From Malacoraja senta (lineage: Eukaryota): 64,000 nucleotides of DNA. Location: the NCBI GenBank assembly GCA_038087875.1, contig CM075982.1, positions 52,142,001-52,206,000 of the forward strand. The letters are read 5' to 3'. The translations under genes and the position numbers were made by a program. Of this stretch, positions 1 to 13,184 are shown piece by piece (position 1 is the first letter of the stretch; each line of letters begins with the position of its first letter). A model generated the notes under the pieces. The model saw only the letters and a program-made list of their open reading frames with translations, was not told where the DNA came from and did no database searches.

Positions 1-1229
1 CTGAGTTAGGGTAGTCTATTTCACTTCTGTAATACACAAATGTAACTCCTCAACCCTCCTGTCACTTCTATGTATCCATTGTGCACTCTTTCCATATCCC
101 AGACAACCTTCATAAAGTAAAACTGCCCTTCCAACCCCAATAGATTGCACAAACGTCTATAGGGAAAATAACATGGTTTTACTTTCTTTTTGCTTGATAA
201 TTTTCTTTCTTCTTGTCAAAGCATTGATTTGTTGCCAAAGTCCCAATTTGCAGGTGTTTTCTGGTGCCTTGCCCAAGTGGCAGCATTTAAATGTGCCTTT
301 ATTCAGGCCGTTCATAGAATAGCACAACTCTTTCCTTACCACGTAAGATTCCAGCAGGGATTCCAGGATAATGAAACCCTGTTGATTTTACTCTTTAACT
401 TGGATGGCTGGAATCAGTTTTAATGCCCAGATGAGATCGAATAACTCCGCGGACTCTTCTGGCCACAATGGCTTACTCACTCAGCAATTAAGGCATCAGG
501 AAGCATTTGCTTAACTCCTTTGAAATCTGATACATTCAAATCCTTTCCTCCAATATGACTGCAATTATTTGGGGCATTTAAACAATATAGTTTACCAGGA
601 GATTAATCCGAGTATGCTAGTTGCAAAGTATGACATCATTTACATGAGCTATTTTGTCAAGCCAAGTCCACATACATCCCCACAATTCTTTCTTTGTGAA
701 TCTTAATACCAGTATCTAGCAAAGCACAATTTGAATTATCAGAGGCGTTTGCTAACATCTAATAGACATTTTATAAGAATAATAGTTTCTTGAGCATTGA
801 TACCAGTGAGATGCAATAAATTGGAGAAATGGTTACATGCACGTCTCTTGTTGAACCAGACACTCAAACGCCCTTAACCACTGCTGCACAACCATTAAAG
901 GTGCCTACCGTTCCACCCCTCAGCTGTACTTTGGTAAATCTGATCACTTGGCTATGCTTCTACATCTTGCATACAAACAGAAACTGAAGTCGGAGGATCT
1001 GGGAAATAAACTGATGTGAGGAAGCAGATGAGATCCTTTTGTGACTTTAGTCGGTACACTGGTCCATATTCAAGGACTCTGTGGCTAACCACAATGAGTA
1101 TGCCACTGCTGGCACTGACTTCATCAGCGGGATGTGGCAGACATAGGGTTAGCCATCCTGAGAGAAAATCCAAGGAACGTAACTGGCCTGGAGGGTCCCT
1201 TGGCCACGACCTCAAAATCTGTGTGGACC

Positions 1230-1545
1230 AGCTAGTAAAGGTATTCAGAGATATCTACTCACTACTTCATTTTGAGGTCCCTCTGGCTTTAAGAAGGCAA
1301 CAATCATTCTGGTGCCACAGAAATGTAAGGTGATGACTACCGTCCAGTGGGTCTGGCATCCACCCTCATGAGGTGTTTTGAGATACTGGTGAAGGTGCAC
1401 ATCAACACCAGCCTTCCAGCCAGCCTTGATCCACTGAACTTTGCCAATCATCACAACAGATGCACATCAGACACCATTTCCCTGGCCCCAAGTTCTGGAA
1501 CACCTAGACAACAAGGCACCTATATGAAACTCCTATTTATTGGCT
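1230..1545 (+). mobile_element. Degenerate Rex1/Babar-type LINE RT fragment
   Basis: Translates to ...LPASLDPLNFANHHNRCTSDTISLA..., homologous to [21 protein letters not shown] of the copy at 2702-3960. Confidence 0.7.
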
Positions 1546-2170
1546 TCACTTGGACCAATCTCGACATCTCCCTATCTTTTCTTGATCTCACCATCTGCAT
1601 CACAGGAGACAGACTATCGACTGATATCTATTAAAAACCCACTGACTCCCACAGCTATCTAGACTACATGTCTTCCCACCCTGCTTCCTGTAAAGACTCT
1701 ATCCCCTACTCCCAATCCCTCCATCTATGCTGCATCTGCACCCAAGATGAGGTGATCCATACCAGGACGTCAGAGAGGTCCTCATTCTTTTGGGAACGGG
1801 GATTCCCCTTTTCCATCAAAGATGAGGCCCTCACTAGGGTCTCCTCGATATCCCACAGCTCTGCTCTTGCTCCCCCTCCCCCCAGTCGTAACAGGGACAG
1901 TCCCCAGTCCTCACCTTCCAGCCCATCAGCCATTACGTACAGCACATAATCCTCCAACATTTCCGCCACCTCCAATGGGATCTTACTACTAGCCACATCT
2001 TCCCATCTCCACCCCTTTCCACTTTCCGCAGAGACGTTCCTTCCCCAACTCCATGGTCAATGTCCCTTCCCACCCAAACCACCCCCTACCCAGGTACTTT
2101 CCCCTGCAACCGCAGGAGATGCAACACCTGACCCTATACCCCGCCTCCCTGACTACGTCCAAGGATCCCC
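1545..2170 (+). mobile_element. Penelope-like element fragment (RT thumb/linker region), degenerate
   Basis: SFLDLTICITGDRLSTDIY..SSHPASCKDSIPYSQ matches the intact PLE ORF at 43917-46997. Confidence 0.85.
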
Positions 2171-2189
2171 ACTCCCCCTTCCCCTCCTG

Positions 2190-4210
2190 CCAATTTTGGT
2201 TAAACCCACCCTTGTAGCACTGGCAAACCTGCCTGCCAGTATAACATTCATCTGTCTTATCCTCCTGTTCCTACCCCCACTAGTACACAGGAGTCATCTG
2301 TCCATCACTACTCTGGAGATCCTGTTTTTTTTAACATTTTGCCTAACTCCCAGTATTCATTTTGCAGGACCTCATCTCTTTTCCTACCTGTATCATTAGT
2401 GCCAACATGTACACAACTTCTGTCCCACTTGAGAATCAAATAAAGCCGCTCAGAGACATCTGGGTCCTGGCACCAGGGAGGCAACACACCATGCTGGAGT
2501 CTCGATTGGTGCCACAGAATCTCCTGCCTGCCCTCCAAACTAATAAGTCTCCTTTCACTATGGCTCTGCCTGACATTACCCTTCCCCACTTTACCTCAGA
2601 GCCAGGGCCACAAACTTGATTGCTCACGCCTGTTGTATCATCTTGCTCAACAGTATCCAACATACAATATATACCTGTTTTGAAGGGAAATGGCCACAGG
2701 GGTCACCTGGACCCACTGCAGTTCGCTTACCGCCACAACAGATCAACGGTGGATGCGATCTCGCTGGCCCTCCACTCCGCTCTGGACCACTTGGACAACA
2801 AAAACTCATATGTCAGGCTGTTATTCATCGATTACAGCTCGGCATTTAACACAATCATCCCCTCCAAGCTGGTTACCAAACTTGCAGAACTGGGTCTCTG
2901 CGCATCCCTCTGCAATTGGATCCTCGACTTCCTCACTCTCAGACCACAGTCTGTTCGTATTGGTGGAAATGTGTCAGACTCGATAACAATTAGCACGGGA
3001 GCACCTCATGGCTGCGTGCTCAGCCCCCTGCTGAACTCACTCTATACTCATGACTGCGTAGCCGGACATAGTGCGAACTCCATCATCAAGTTTGCTGACG
3101 ACACCACTGTTGTGGGACGTATCACTGATGGGGATGAGTCAGAGTATAGAAGAGAGATCGAGCAACTGTCCATATGGTGCCAGCACAATAACCTGGCCCT
3201 CAACACCAGCAAAACCAAGGAACTGATTGTGGACTTTGGAAGGAGTAGGATGGGGACCCACAGTCCCGTTTATATCAACGGGTCGATGGTTGAAAGGGTC
3301 AAGAGCTTCAAATTCCTGGGCGTGCACATCTCTGAAGATCTTTCCTGGTCCGAGAACACTGATGCCATTATTAAGAAAGCACATCAGCGCCTCTACTTCC
3401 TGAGAAGATTACGGAGAGATGGTTTGTCAAGGAGGACTCTCTCTAACATCTACAGGTGCACAGTAGAGAGCATGCTGACCGGTTGCATCGTGGCTTGGTT
3501 CGGCAAATTGAGCGCCCTGGAGAGGAAAAGACTACAAAAAGTAGTAAACACTGCCCAGTCCATCATCGGCTCTGACCTCCCTTCCATCGAGGGGATCTAT
3601 CACAGTCGCTGCCTCAAAAAGGCTGGCAGTATCATCAAGGACCCACACCATCCTGGCCACACACTCATCTCCCTACTACCTTCAGGTAGAAGGTACAGGA
3701 GCCTGAAGACTGCAACGACCAGGTTCAGGAACAGCTATTTCCCCACAGCCATCAGGCTATTAAACCTGGCTCGGACATAACACTGAACTTTATTCGCCGA
3801 TACTGTTATTTGCACTTTATCAGTATATTGATTCATGTGTGTATATATTTATAGAATGCCTTGTAGTCAATGCCTACTATGTTCTGCTGTGCTGAAGCAA
3901 AGCAAGAATTTCATTGTCCTATCAGGGACGCATGACAATAAACTCACTTGACTTGACTTGTACTCTCTGCCTACTCCCTATTCTAGTATCATCCATCCAC
4001 TCATTTCCTAGATCTTAGGTGTGAACACCTCTCTCTATCTCCTATCTATGAAGCTCTCATTCTCCCGGATGCTCCTGAGGTTGTCCAGCTGAGTCCCCCG
4101 TTCCCTATGGAGGTCAGTAAGGATCTGCACTTGGACATAAATCCCACAGGTCTAGTCTTCATGGATACCAGCAGTTTCCCTGACTTCCCACATCTTGCCA
4201 GAGGAACTTT
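2190..4210 (-). mobile_element. CR1 LINE ORF1 (esterase-type) relic, split by the Rex1/Babar insertion at 2702-3960
   Basis: Fragments VKGDLLV, CCLPGAR, VHVGTNDTGRKRDEVLQNEYWELGKMLK typical of CR1 ORF1 SGNH-esterase; flanks ggccacaggg / tactctctgcc rejoin across the insert. Confidence 0.65.
2702..3960 (+). mobile_element. Young 5'-truncated Rex1/Babar-type LINE (RT C-half + 3' UTR + (ACTTG)n tail)
   Basis: Open frame to 3780 with [15 protein letters not shown](H)[30 protein letters not shown]; 3' UTR gaatttcattgt...atgacaataaa followed by short tandem tail. Confidence 0.9.
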
Positions 4211-4214
4211 GTAC

Positions 4215-6930
4215 GATACAATACTATATGTTACAATAGTACTTTACTAATCCCAGGAGGGAAATTGATCTGCCAACGGTCATAAAACCACAAAATACAT
4301 GAAATATGAAATTAAAGTGATGAGTGGAAAGGATTGGGGATGTGTGTGGGGGGGGGGGGGGGGGGGTGTCAGTCTTAGTCTACCCCATGACAGAAAGGGG
4401 AGGAGTTGTACAGTTTGATAGCCACAGGGAAGAAGGATCTCCTGTACCATTCTGTGCTGCATCTTGGTGGAACCAATCTGTTGCTGAAGGTATTCCTCAG
4501 GTTGACCAGTGTGTCATGGAGGTGAGCTGTATTGTCCAGGATGCTCTGTAGTTTGAGGAGCATCCTCCCCTCCAGGACCACCTTCCATGAATCCAACTCC
4601 ACCCCCAGAATGGAGCCAGCCTTCCTGATGAGTTTGTTGATCCTATTGGTGTCCGCAGCCTTCGCCCTGCTGCCTCATCACATGGCAGTAAAGAAGATGG
4701 CACTGGCTACCACCGATTGGTAGAACATCTATACAATACAATACAATACAATACAATACAATTTATTTGTCATTTGGACCCCGTTGAGGTCCAAACGAAA
4801 TGTCGTTTCTGCAGCCATACATTACAAAACGAAGAAGACCCGAGACACAACACAATTTACACATACATCCATCAAAGCGCTGTGATGGAAGGCAAAAAAA
4901 ACGTATCTCTCCACTGCACTCCCCCCCCCCCCCCCGATGTCAGAGTCAAAGTCAAAGCCCCCGGCGGTCGATGGTGATTGTCCCGCGGCCATTAAAGCCA
5001 CGCCGGGTAATGCAAGGTCGCGCACCGGGTCTTGGTGTTAGAGCCCCGGCGTGCGCTCGTAAAGTCCCGCGGCCATTCCAAGCCGCGCGGGGCGATGATG
5101 TAATGCCCCGCTCCAGGTGCTCTTCAACCCCGCAACTCGGGCGGGAGAAGTCGCCGCTGCGGAAGCCCCGAAAAGCGGTCTCCCACCAGTGTTGCCGTCC
5201 GCCAGACCCGCGGTTGTAGCCTCTGAATCTCCGGGGGTCGGGTCGCAGCAGCGCTCCACCACAGCTCCTCCCGCTCTGGACTCGGCCAGCCCCGTGACGG
5301 TGAGTAGTCCGCAGCTCCGCAACTGGAGCCCCAGGTCGTTCCTGCTTGAGGCCGCTCCACGTTGTCCAGCCCCAACGACAACGGAGACCCGACAAAGAAA
5401 AGGTCGGGTCTCCCGTGCAGGGGAAAGATTTTAAAGTCCCCCCCCCCCACCCCCACACACATACCCCGACAAAAAAAAGAATAAAAACTACATAGAAACA
5501 AGACAAAAATAATAAAAAGACAGACGGACTGCAGAGGCCGCTGCTGACGAGAGCCGCGCCGCCCACCAACTGTGTCCGCAGCCTTCGCCCTGCACTTTAC
5601 TGCAGACATTGAAAGAGCGGAGCCTTCTCAAAAAGTACAGCTAGTTCTGTCCCTTCTTGTACAGGGCCTCAGTGTTCCAGGTACACTTCAAGGTATTTGT
5701 ACTCCCTGGTAAACTGCACTTCCACACCATTGATGGAGACAGGGGTCAGGGGTGTTCCGTTCTTCCTAAAGTCCACTATTAGCTCCTTAGTCTTGTCGGT
5801 GGTGGGCTGCAGGTGATTTAGCCCACACCACAACAAAGTTGTTGACCACACCTCTGTATTCAGCTTCCCCTCACTGATGCAGCCCACAATTGCAGAGTCA
5901 TCTGAAAACTTCTGCAGGTGGCAGGTGTAGATGGTGATCAGGAAGGGAGAGAGGACCGTCCCCTGTGGGGCCCCTGTGTTGCTCACCACCATGTCTGAAA
6001 CACAATTCTGTAGCCTGACATATAGTGGTCGTCCTGTCAGGTTGTTGGTGATCCAGGACACCAATGGAGCATCCATCCGTATCTTTGTCAGTTTGCTCCT
6101 GGCAATGCAGGCCGGAGACACTCCCAATGCTTCCCGGCTTATCCAGGTGAGCAGAGGAACGATGGAGCAGGTGGAAGATAGCGTCCTCTACTCCCATCTT
6201 TGCTTGGTAAGCGAACTGCAGGGGGTCCAGGTAGGGTCTAATCAGGGGTCGCAGGTGAGTGAGCACCAACCTCTCCAGGGACTTCATGATGTGTGGTCAG
6301 CGCCACCAGTCTGCAATCATTGGAGGAGCTGGGGTGCGTCATCCTTGGCACAGGAACCAGACAGGATGTCTTCCCCATCACAGGAACCCTCTTCAACCCT
6401 TAGGTTGTAGATATGCTGGAGTACGCCACACAACTGGCTAGCACACGCCTTGATTATCCTAGGGCTGACACCATTGGGACTCGTGGCTTTGCCTGGGCAG
6501 AGTCTGCTCAGCTCCTTCCTCACCTGCTCAGCCTTGATGGTCAGGCATGACAAAGAAAGGGCAGAGGAAGTGGACCAGGGCGATCGAGGGGAGAGTCTGT
6601 CAAGGAGGGTGGGCAGAGGTGCCACCATCAAATCTATTAAAACACAGGTTTAGCTCATTGACCCAGTCCTGATTGCTTTCCCTCCCCAGGCCACTGGCCT
6701 TCTTGTAGCCTGTAAAGCTCTTCATACTGCTCCACACATCCCTCATGTTGTTCTGCTGATGTTTCAGCTCGAGCTTCTTCCTGTAGTGGTCCTTACCCCG
6801 TCTCAGTCTCGCCTTCAGGTCTTTCTGCACCCGTTTCACCTCCTCCCTGTCTATTCCTGAAGGCCTCTTCTTCTGGTTGAGAAGGGCCTTTATGTCACTG
6901 GTGACCCTGGGCTTGTACCATTCTACCTGC
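4215..6930 (-). mobile_element. Degenerate Rex1/Babar-type LINE (second subfamily), interrupted by element at 4729-5570
   Basis: Frameshifted pieces [61 protein letters not shown]. Confidence 0.85.
4729..5570 (-). mobile_element. Non-autonomous retroposon with GC-rich core, LINE-like 3' hairpin tail and (TATTG)n microsatellite end
   Basis: Shares head (cagcagcggc..ctgcagtccgtctg) and tail (gtatggctgcag..hairpin..atgacaaataaa) with 62340-63200; interrupts a Rex1-like relic. Confidence 0.7.
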
Positions 6931-7811
6931 AATCACTACAGTACTAAAACCAAGAGGGAAAAAACCCATAACAATCACACACAAGAAACAGCAAACTGTA
7001 CCTTTACCTCCTGCCCCCCTCTGCTCAGTCCCTGCTCAGCCTCCTCACCAAAGCCTCTTGAGCCATAGACTCACACTTATCCTTCCACAGCCTTCACCTC
7101 AACACTGCCTCTCTCCCAACATGGGTGCTCCCAACGTGATGCTCTGCTACACTTTGCCTTCTTTATATTAGCTGATAAATTAGCCAAGTCTGATCACACA
7201 ACCAATCCAACAGCTGCCTTTTGAATTCTCCCGCTGCTGCCACCGAAAAAGACACTTCTTTGTATTATCATTCTTTTATTCCATCCTTAGCAACAGAACA
7301 TTGATTTGACCCATCCTCTCTTGTGTTGTCCCTCGACATAACTGTATTGCCCACCTCTTGTTTCAGTTATTGAACACTGGACACTGCTTTTATCATTGTT
7401 CATTGTTCATCCTTTGGCCTTTTTTGTTCATTGTGAAGAATGAATCAGTCATAAATAATCAGTTATACCTTAGACTTAAAATATAAGGATAATCAGAATA
7501 TCCTGACATGACATCATAACAAACTTACCACTGCTATCAAACATAAAAAGACGAGGATCATCACTAGGGTGTTGTTGGTTGGCCCGGACTCGATGGGCCA
7601 AAGGGCCTGTTTCCACACTGTATCTCTAAACTACACCAAACTAAAATCTCTTATCAGACTTCACTGATTGACAATGGATCACAAAGAATAGTAAAAATAA
7701 AGTATGAGGGATTTCTTTTTGAAATGTTGTCTCCCAATCTATTCAGGGAATTCTACCCTTGCAAAGACTTTTATATGATTAGCTTCACCCAATTGAGTGT
7801 GTATATCTTAT

Positions 7812-8856
7812 TGTAGTTTAGTTTAGTTTAGTTTAGAGATACAGGCCCTACGGTCCACCAACTCTGCACCGACCAGCGATCCCTGCACATTAACATTATC
7901 CTACACACATTAGGGACAATTTACACTTATACCAAACCAATTAACCTACAAACCTGTATGTCTTTGGAATGTAGGAGGAAATCGAAGAAAACCTACACGG
8001 ACAGGGGGAGAAGATACAAACTCCGTACAGACAGCACTCGTAGTCGGGTTACGTTAGGTAAGGGGGAGGTACAGCGAGACCTGGGTGTCCTTGTCACTGA
8101 AAGTTGGCGTGCAGGTACAGCAGGCAGTGAAGAAAGCTAATGGAATGTTGGCCTTCATAACAAGAGGATTTCAGTATAAGAGTAAAGAGGGTTTTCTGCA
8201 GTTGTATAGGGCTCTGGTGAGACCACATCTGGAGTATTGTGTACAGTTTTGGTCTCCTAATTTGAGGAAGGACATCCTTGTGATTGAGGCAGTGCAGCGT
8301 AGGTTCACGAGATTGATCCCTGGGATGGCGGGACTGTCATATGAGGAAAGATTGAAAAGACTAGGCTTGTATTCACTGGAGTTTAGAAGGATGAGGGGGC
8401 ATCTTATAGAAACATATAAAATTATATAAGGACTGGACAAGCTAGATGCAGGAAAAATGTTCCCAATGTTGGGCGAGTCCAGAACCAGGGGCCACAGTCT
8501 TAGAATAAAGGGGAGGTCATTTAAGACTGAGGTGAGAAAAAACGTTTTCACCCAGAGAGTTGTGAATTTGTGGAATTCCCTGCCACAGAAGGCAGTGGAG
8601 GCCAAATCACTGGATGGATTTAAGAGAGAGTTAGATAGAGCTCTAGGGGCTAGTGGAGTCAAGGGATATGGGGAGAAGGCAGGCACGGGTTATTGATAGG
8701 GGACGATCAGCCATGATCACAATGAATGGCGGTGCTGGCTCGAAGGGCCGAATGGCCTCCTCCTGCACCTATTTTCTATGTTTCTATGAACCCGGGTCTC
8801 TGGCACTGCAAGCGCTGTAAGGCAGCAAGTCTACCACTGTGCCACCGTGCTGCCCC
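7812..8856 (-). mobile_element. tRNA-derived V-SINE (HE1-like), interrupted by a CR1 insertion
   Basis: Minus-strand head gcacggtggcacagtggtag (A box)..gacccgggttca (B box), V-SINE-like core ggagtttgta.ctt.tcccc, CR1-type tail and (AAACT)n end. Confidence 0.8.
8050..8788 (+). mobile_element. Young 5'-truncated CR1 LINE 3' end
   Basis: LYRALVRPHLEYCVQFWSP..RGHSLRIKG..FTQRVVNLWNSLP, 3' UTR gaagggccgaatggcct, ttctatgtttctatg tail. Confidence 0.95.
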
Positions 8857-9561
8857 AGCTGTAGTTGGTGATCATCCTTGCATTTTGGCAAGATATCCAA
8901 GCTAAAAGTGACAGTGGAAAGTTCTGTTTCATAAGACCTCTTGGGTGATTTGTTTTCTTCGGGTAGTTATGACATTGAGCAACTAAAGTGAAAGGCAGCT
9001 TCTAGTTTGCACAGGGATGGGGTGAAAAACCCTTGCTCTTCCACAAAGACTGAAGCAAAGTAATATTGGGTGTACACGCATGTGAATAAGGACCTGCTGG
9101 AACTATTCAACGCAGTAAACATGCATTCCATCACGTGGTCAATTTGCCAATGCAAGAATATTTGTGTTGGTGAGTAACTGGCAAAGTTTTGTTCAAATCT
9201 TACTTGTACATAGATTATGTGACATCCAATGTAAGATTACTTGATGTCCCTGTGACTATACAGAAAGCATCTGTTTGCTAAAGATTCACGGCTTTGACTG
9301 TCTTCACTTCACAATCAACACATTGCTGTGATGAAGCTTGATTTTAATTCTGATTCCAGCAGATGGCACAATTCACTGAGAAGGCCATTTTCCTCAGACA
9401 CTCCTTTGTGGGAGTGTCTCAGTACATGGATGCAGCTGGCCTGGTTAGGATGGGACAACATTCCATCTCTATTGCAAATTACCTCCTTCACCCCCCACCT
9501 CTCCGAACCCCCAAAAATAGATTGCTTCCCCGATTAAAAAATGAGAGGTCTGCCTATAAAA

Positions 9562-10245
9562 TCCTGAGTCATAGTCATACAGTGTGGAAACAGGCCCTTC
9601 AGCCCAACTTGCCCACAATGACCAATATATCTCATCTACACTAGTCCTGCCTGCCTGCATTTGGCCCTTATCCCTCTAAACCAGTCCTATCTGTGTACCT
9701 GTCTAAATGTTACTTAAATGTTGCAATAGTCCCTGTCTCAACTTCCTCCTCTGGCAGCTCGTTGCATACATCTACCACCCTTTGTGTGAAAAAGTTACCC
9801 GTCCGGTTGCTTTTAAATCTTTCCCCCTCCTCACCTTAAACCTATGTCCTCTGGTTCTCGATTCCCCTACTCTGGGCAAGAGACTGTGCGTTTACCTGAT
9901 CTATACCTCATATGATTTTGTAAACCTCTATAAAATCCTCCTTCATCCTCCTGCGTTCCAACGAATAGAGTCTTAGCATGTTCAACCTCTCCCTATAGCT
10001 CAGGTCGTCGAATCCTGGCAACATGCTCGTAAATCTTCTCTGCACCCTTTCCAGCGCGACAATATCTTTCCTATATCATGGTGCCCAGAAATGAACAAAA
10101 TACTCTAAATGCGGCATCACCAACGTCTTATATAACTGCAACATGACCTACCAAATTCTATACTCAATGACTCATGAAGGACAATATGCTAAAAGCTTTT
10201 TTATGTTCCTGCACTCCTAGATCCCTCTGCTCCACAACACTGAGC
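9562..10245 (-). mobile_element. CR1 3' fragment
   Basis: Reverse complement of CR1 ORF2 C-terminus and 3' tail (gggcctgtttccacactgtatgactatgactc). Confidence 0.85.
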
Positions 10246-10899
10246 TATATTAACACTAATTTTCCCCCAAAATATGAGACTACTTGAGCCTTTATGAAGG
10301 ATAAGGGCTTTTTATCCGATGACTGTGCAGACTAGGAAACTCATCTACGGAATTGCAATTGTAGAAATCAAAAAAATAGCAACAGGAATAAAGGATGAAT
10401 TCCAAAATTACAGCCAGAAATGCAGGATAATGATCACAAAATTAAAGAATACTATCTTGGAAAAATTGCTCTCACTTTCATCAACCATTTTCACAGGGGG
10501 CCAGGTAATACATATTTTCATAGAAAAATGGAAAAACATTATGTCTCAGAGATACCTCAGCTTGACAGTTCAGTTGGTAAAGGACAAGGTAAAAAGGTCA
10601 ATATAGAACACAGAACAGTTCAGCACAGGAACAGGCCCTTCAGGCCATGGTATCTGTGCTGAATATGATGCCAAATTAAATTAATGCTTCTTGCCTGCAC
10701 ATGATCCACATCCCTCCATTTACTGCATATTCATGTGCTATTAAACACCATTATCGTAAAGCTAACCCTTTTAGTATTTGGCATAACCACCCTGAGATAA
10801 AGATTCTAACTTTGAATCCCATCTATATCTCTTATAATTTTGTTATCTTCACAGGTCTTCCCTCAGCCTCTGATACTCTGTAGAAAACAATTCAAGTAT

Positions 10900-11075
10900 G
10901 TCCAAAGATAGAAAATGCTGGAGCAACTCAGCAGGACAGGCAGTACCTCTGGATAAAAGCAATGGGTGACTTTTCAGGTCAGGACCCTTCTTCAGTCTGA
11001 AGCAGTCTGAGTTACTCCAGCATTTTGTATCTGACTTTGGTGTAAACCAGCATCTGCAGTTCATTCCTACACATC
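10900..11075. mobile_element. Head-to-head Penelope pLTR fragments joined at hammerhead motif, inside a CR1 relic
   Basis: Minus copy (gctggagcaactcagc..gacccttcttcag) abuts plus copy (ctgaag..gagttactccagcattttg..cagcatctgcagttc). Confidence 0.7.
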
Positions 11076-11204
11076 AAGTATGTTCAATCTCTCTTTCTAG
11101 CTACTACCCTCAAATCCAGTCAGACACTCTTATACACCCTCTTCAAAGACTCCACATCCATCCTCTAACGGGAGAAACTAGAACTGCAAACTAACCAACT
11201 ATCA

Positions 11205-11515
11205 ATTGGTTTGAATTGCACTTATTTTATTACGAGAGACCTGATGGCTAGTGCAGATGAACTCATGGTGTGGGTGGGTACGTGCGACTGGGACATTGTC
11301 GCCATTACAGAAACCAGGTTAAGAGAGGGACAGGACTGGCAGCTTAATGTTCCAGGGTACAGATGCTTCAGGAGAGGTAGATGTAGGGGGGGGGGGAGGT
11401 GGGGGCTAAAGGAGGAGGAGGTATTGCTTTATTGATTAAGGAGGATGTCACAGCAGTGGTCAGAGATTTCATGGTTTATCCAGCGAGGCTATATGGGTGG
11501 TTCTGAGAAATATTA
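11205..11515 (+). mobile_element. CR1 ORF2 endonuclease N-terminal fragment
   Basis: DIVAITETRLREGQDWQLNVPGYRCFRR. Confidence 0.8.
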
Positions 11516-12048
11516 GTGAATGAGAGTTAATGTTCTGTAAACACGACTTGCAACTTTACAAGATTCGCAGGAAATTGGATTGAATTGTTTTTTTAGTTTA
11601 AACTCCTGCAGTTATAACAGTAAATCTAATATTACTTTATTAGATACAAAACACTACAGGGTGACTTCAGACTGTGAATCCAAGTTCTTGCTCCTTGTTT
11701 GTCCATGAAGACAATCTAAGTATCATCTCATTTTCTGCATTTTGATGACCCATGGACCAACGCGTGAGTGCCTGATATGTGAACAGTGAAAACCCCAAAA
11801 GTGGTTGGTGATTTTGATTGTTAAGTCAAACCTTCCGTAGTTAGAATTTATACTCAGTAAGTATGATAAGACAGTTGCATTGTCGGAATTGCCTTTTTAA
11901 TCCGCCTTTGGTCATGTTTTTTATTTTAAAAGATTTGCACCCACTGCAGATTCTTAGTTTGTGCTGTTTTAGGACCATATTAATGCAATTTTTATGTTCC
12001 TTTTGATAATCAATGCTTTCCAGTTATTAATGTCCCATAAAGTCTTCT

Positions 12049-12373
12049 AGCCCTGTCCCACGGTGCGAGTTCATTCCAAGAGCTCTCCCGAGTTTAAAAA
12101 AAATCAAACTCGTGGTAAGCACGGAGAATGAACGTAGCGGGTATGTCGGAGCTCGGGGACGTCTCTTAGCGGCTCGTAACGCTAACGGCAGGTACTCGGG
12201 AAGACTCGCTAACGGCAGGTAAGCACAGGAAGACTCATGAAGATTTTTCAACACGAAAAATGTCCACGAGAGCCCCGAGTACCGACGAGTGGCCATTACC
12301 GTAAATCTCCGAGTTCGAATCAGGGCAAACTTGGGAGAGCTCTTGGAATGAACTTGCACCGTGGGACAGGGCT
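12049..12373. mobile_element. MITE with ~47-bp terminal inverted repeats (PIF/Harbinger-like)
   Basis: agccctgtcccacggtgcgagttcattccaagagctctcccgagttt is mirrored by aaacttgggagagctcttggaatgaacttgcaccgtgggacagggct (2 mismatches); non-coding interior; superfamily tentative. Confidence 0.8.
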
Positions 12374-12439
12374 CTTCCTTTGCCATTTGATTATCAGATC
12401 TTACCATTTCATATCTCGAACAGCATAATTCTGCCTCTA

Positions 12440-12560
12440 TGTGTAGTTTTCCTATTTGGCATTTCAGTTATTTTCAGAATCTTCTTTTCATACATCTTGA
12501 CTTGCCATCTGATCTTTATCAGTTGCCTCAGGTACCTTAGATAAACATGGTCTGTTATTG
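12440..12560 (-). mobile_element. Possible ancient RTE-type LINE C-terminal fragment
   Basis: YLRYLRQLIKIRWQVKMYEKKILKITEMP resembles the RTE motif LRxILxIxWQDKxxNxxVL. Confidence 0.4.
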
Positions 12561-13184
12561 TGTCGTGCATATGCTGTTCAAACCTCAACAGGCATAAATC
12601 AGTAGTGTCAGGTGCATTTGTCATAATGTTTTCTGGACCGGATGCTACACAAGACGTTAAATCTGGTTGCAGCCAGATGGGTGTGATCATTTACGATATT
12701 GCTGGAAGAACAGTATTCTTTATCAAGCAGTGACAGTTCAGCTAAAGCACAGGCAAATTGTTTAAGGTCAATTTAAAATAGTTTGCATTTCATCCAGTGA
12801 GAGGGTGCCTCAAGGGAATTCCAGAGTTCAGGAACAAATTGGTCCAGCACTTTTAATTTCACTGCTAGCCTTCTGAGGTTGAACAACTGGCCATTTGTTC
12901 TGAATCAGATTCAAACTTTGGTCGCACTATTAAACAAAGCAGGACCCAAGGGAAACTAATTTGTCCGAAATCAGCCCGTTCCCTCCACTGTTTTCACCTT
13001 CAAACTAAAAGTGGAGACATAAGGTAACAAATAAGAACCAAAGTGTGTCCTATGTTCCCTTGTGTCTTCTCTGCCATTCAATAATATCATGGTTGGTCTG
13101 ATGTGTAGGAAGGAACTGCAGATGCTGATTCAAACTGACGATAGACACTTCGGCTAAGATATACATCTAAGGGATGTATATGTC

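Noticed and set aside
1-1230. Possible host exons / short ORFs in unique-looking sequence
   Set aside because: No recognisable protein motif in any frame and no consistent splice pattern
4800-5609. Several overlapping 100-200 aa ORFs (also 62504-63058)
   Set aside because: By-product of high GC content; no domain motifs and not shared between the two related elements
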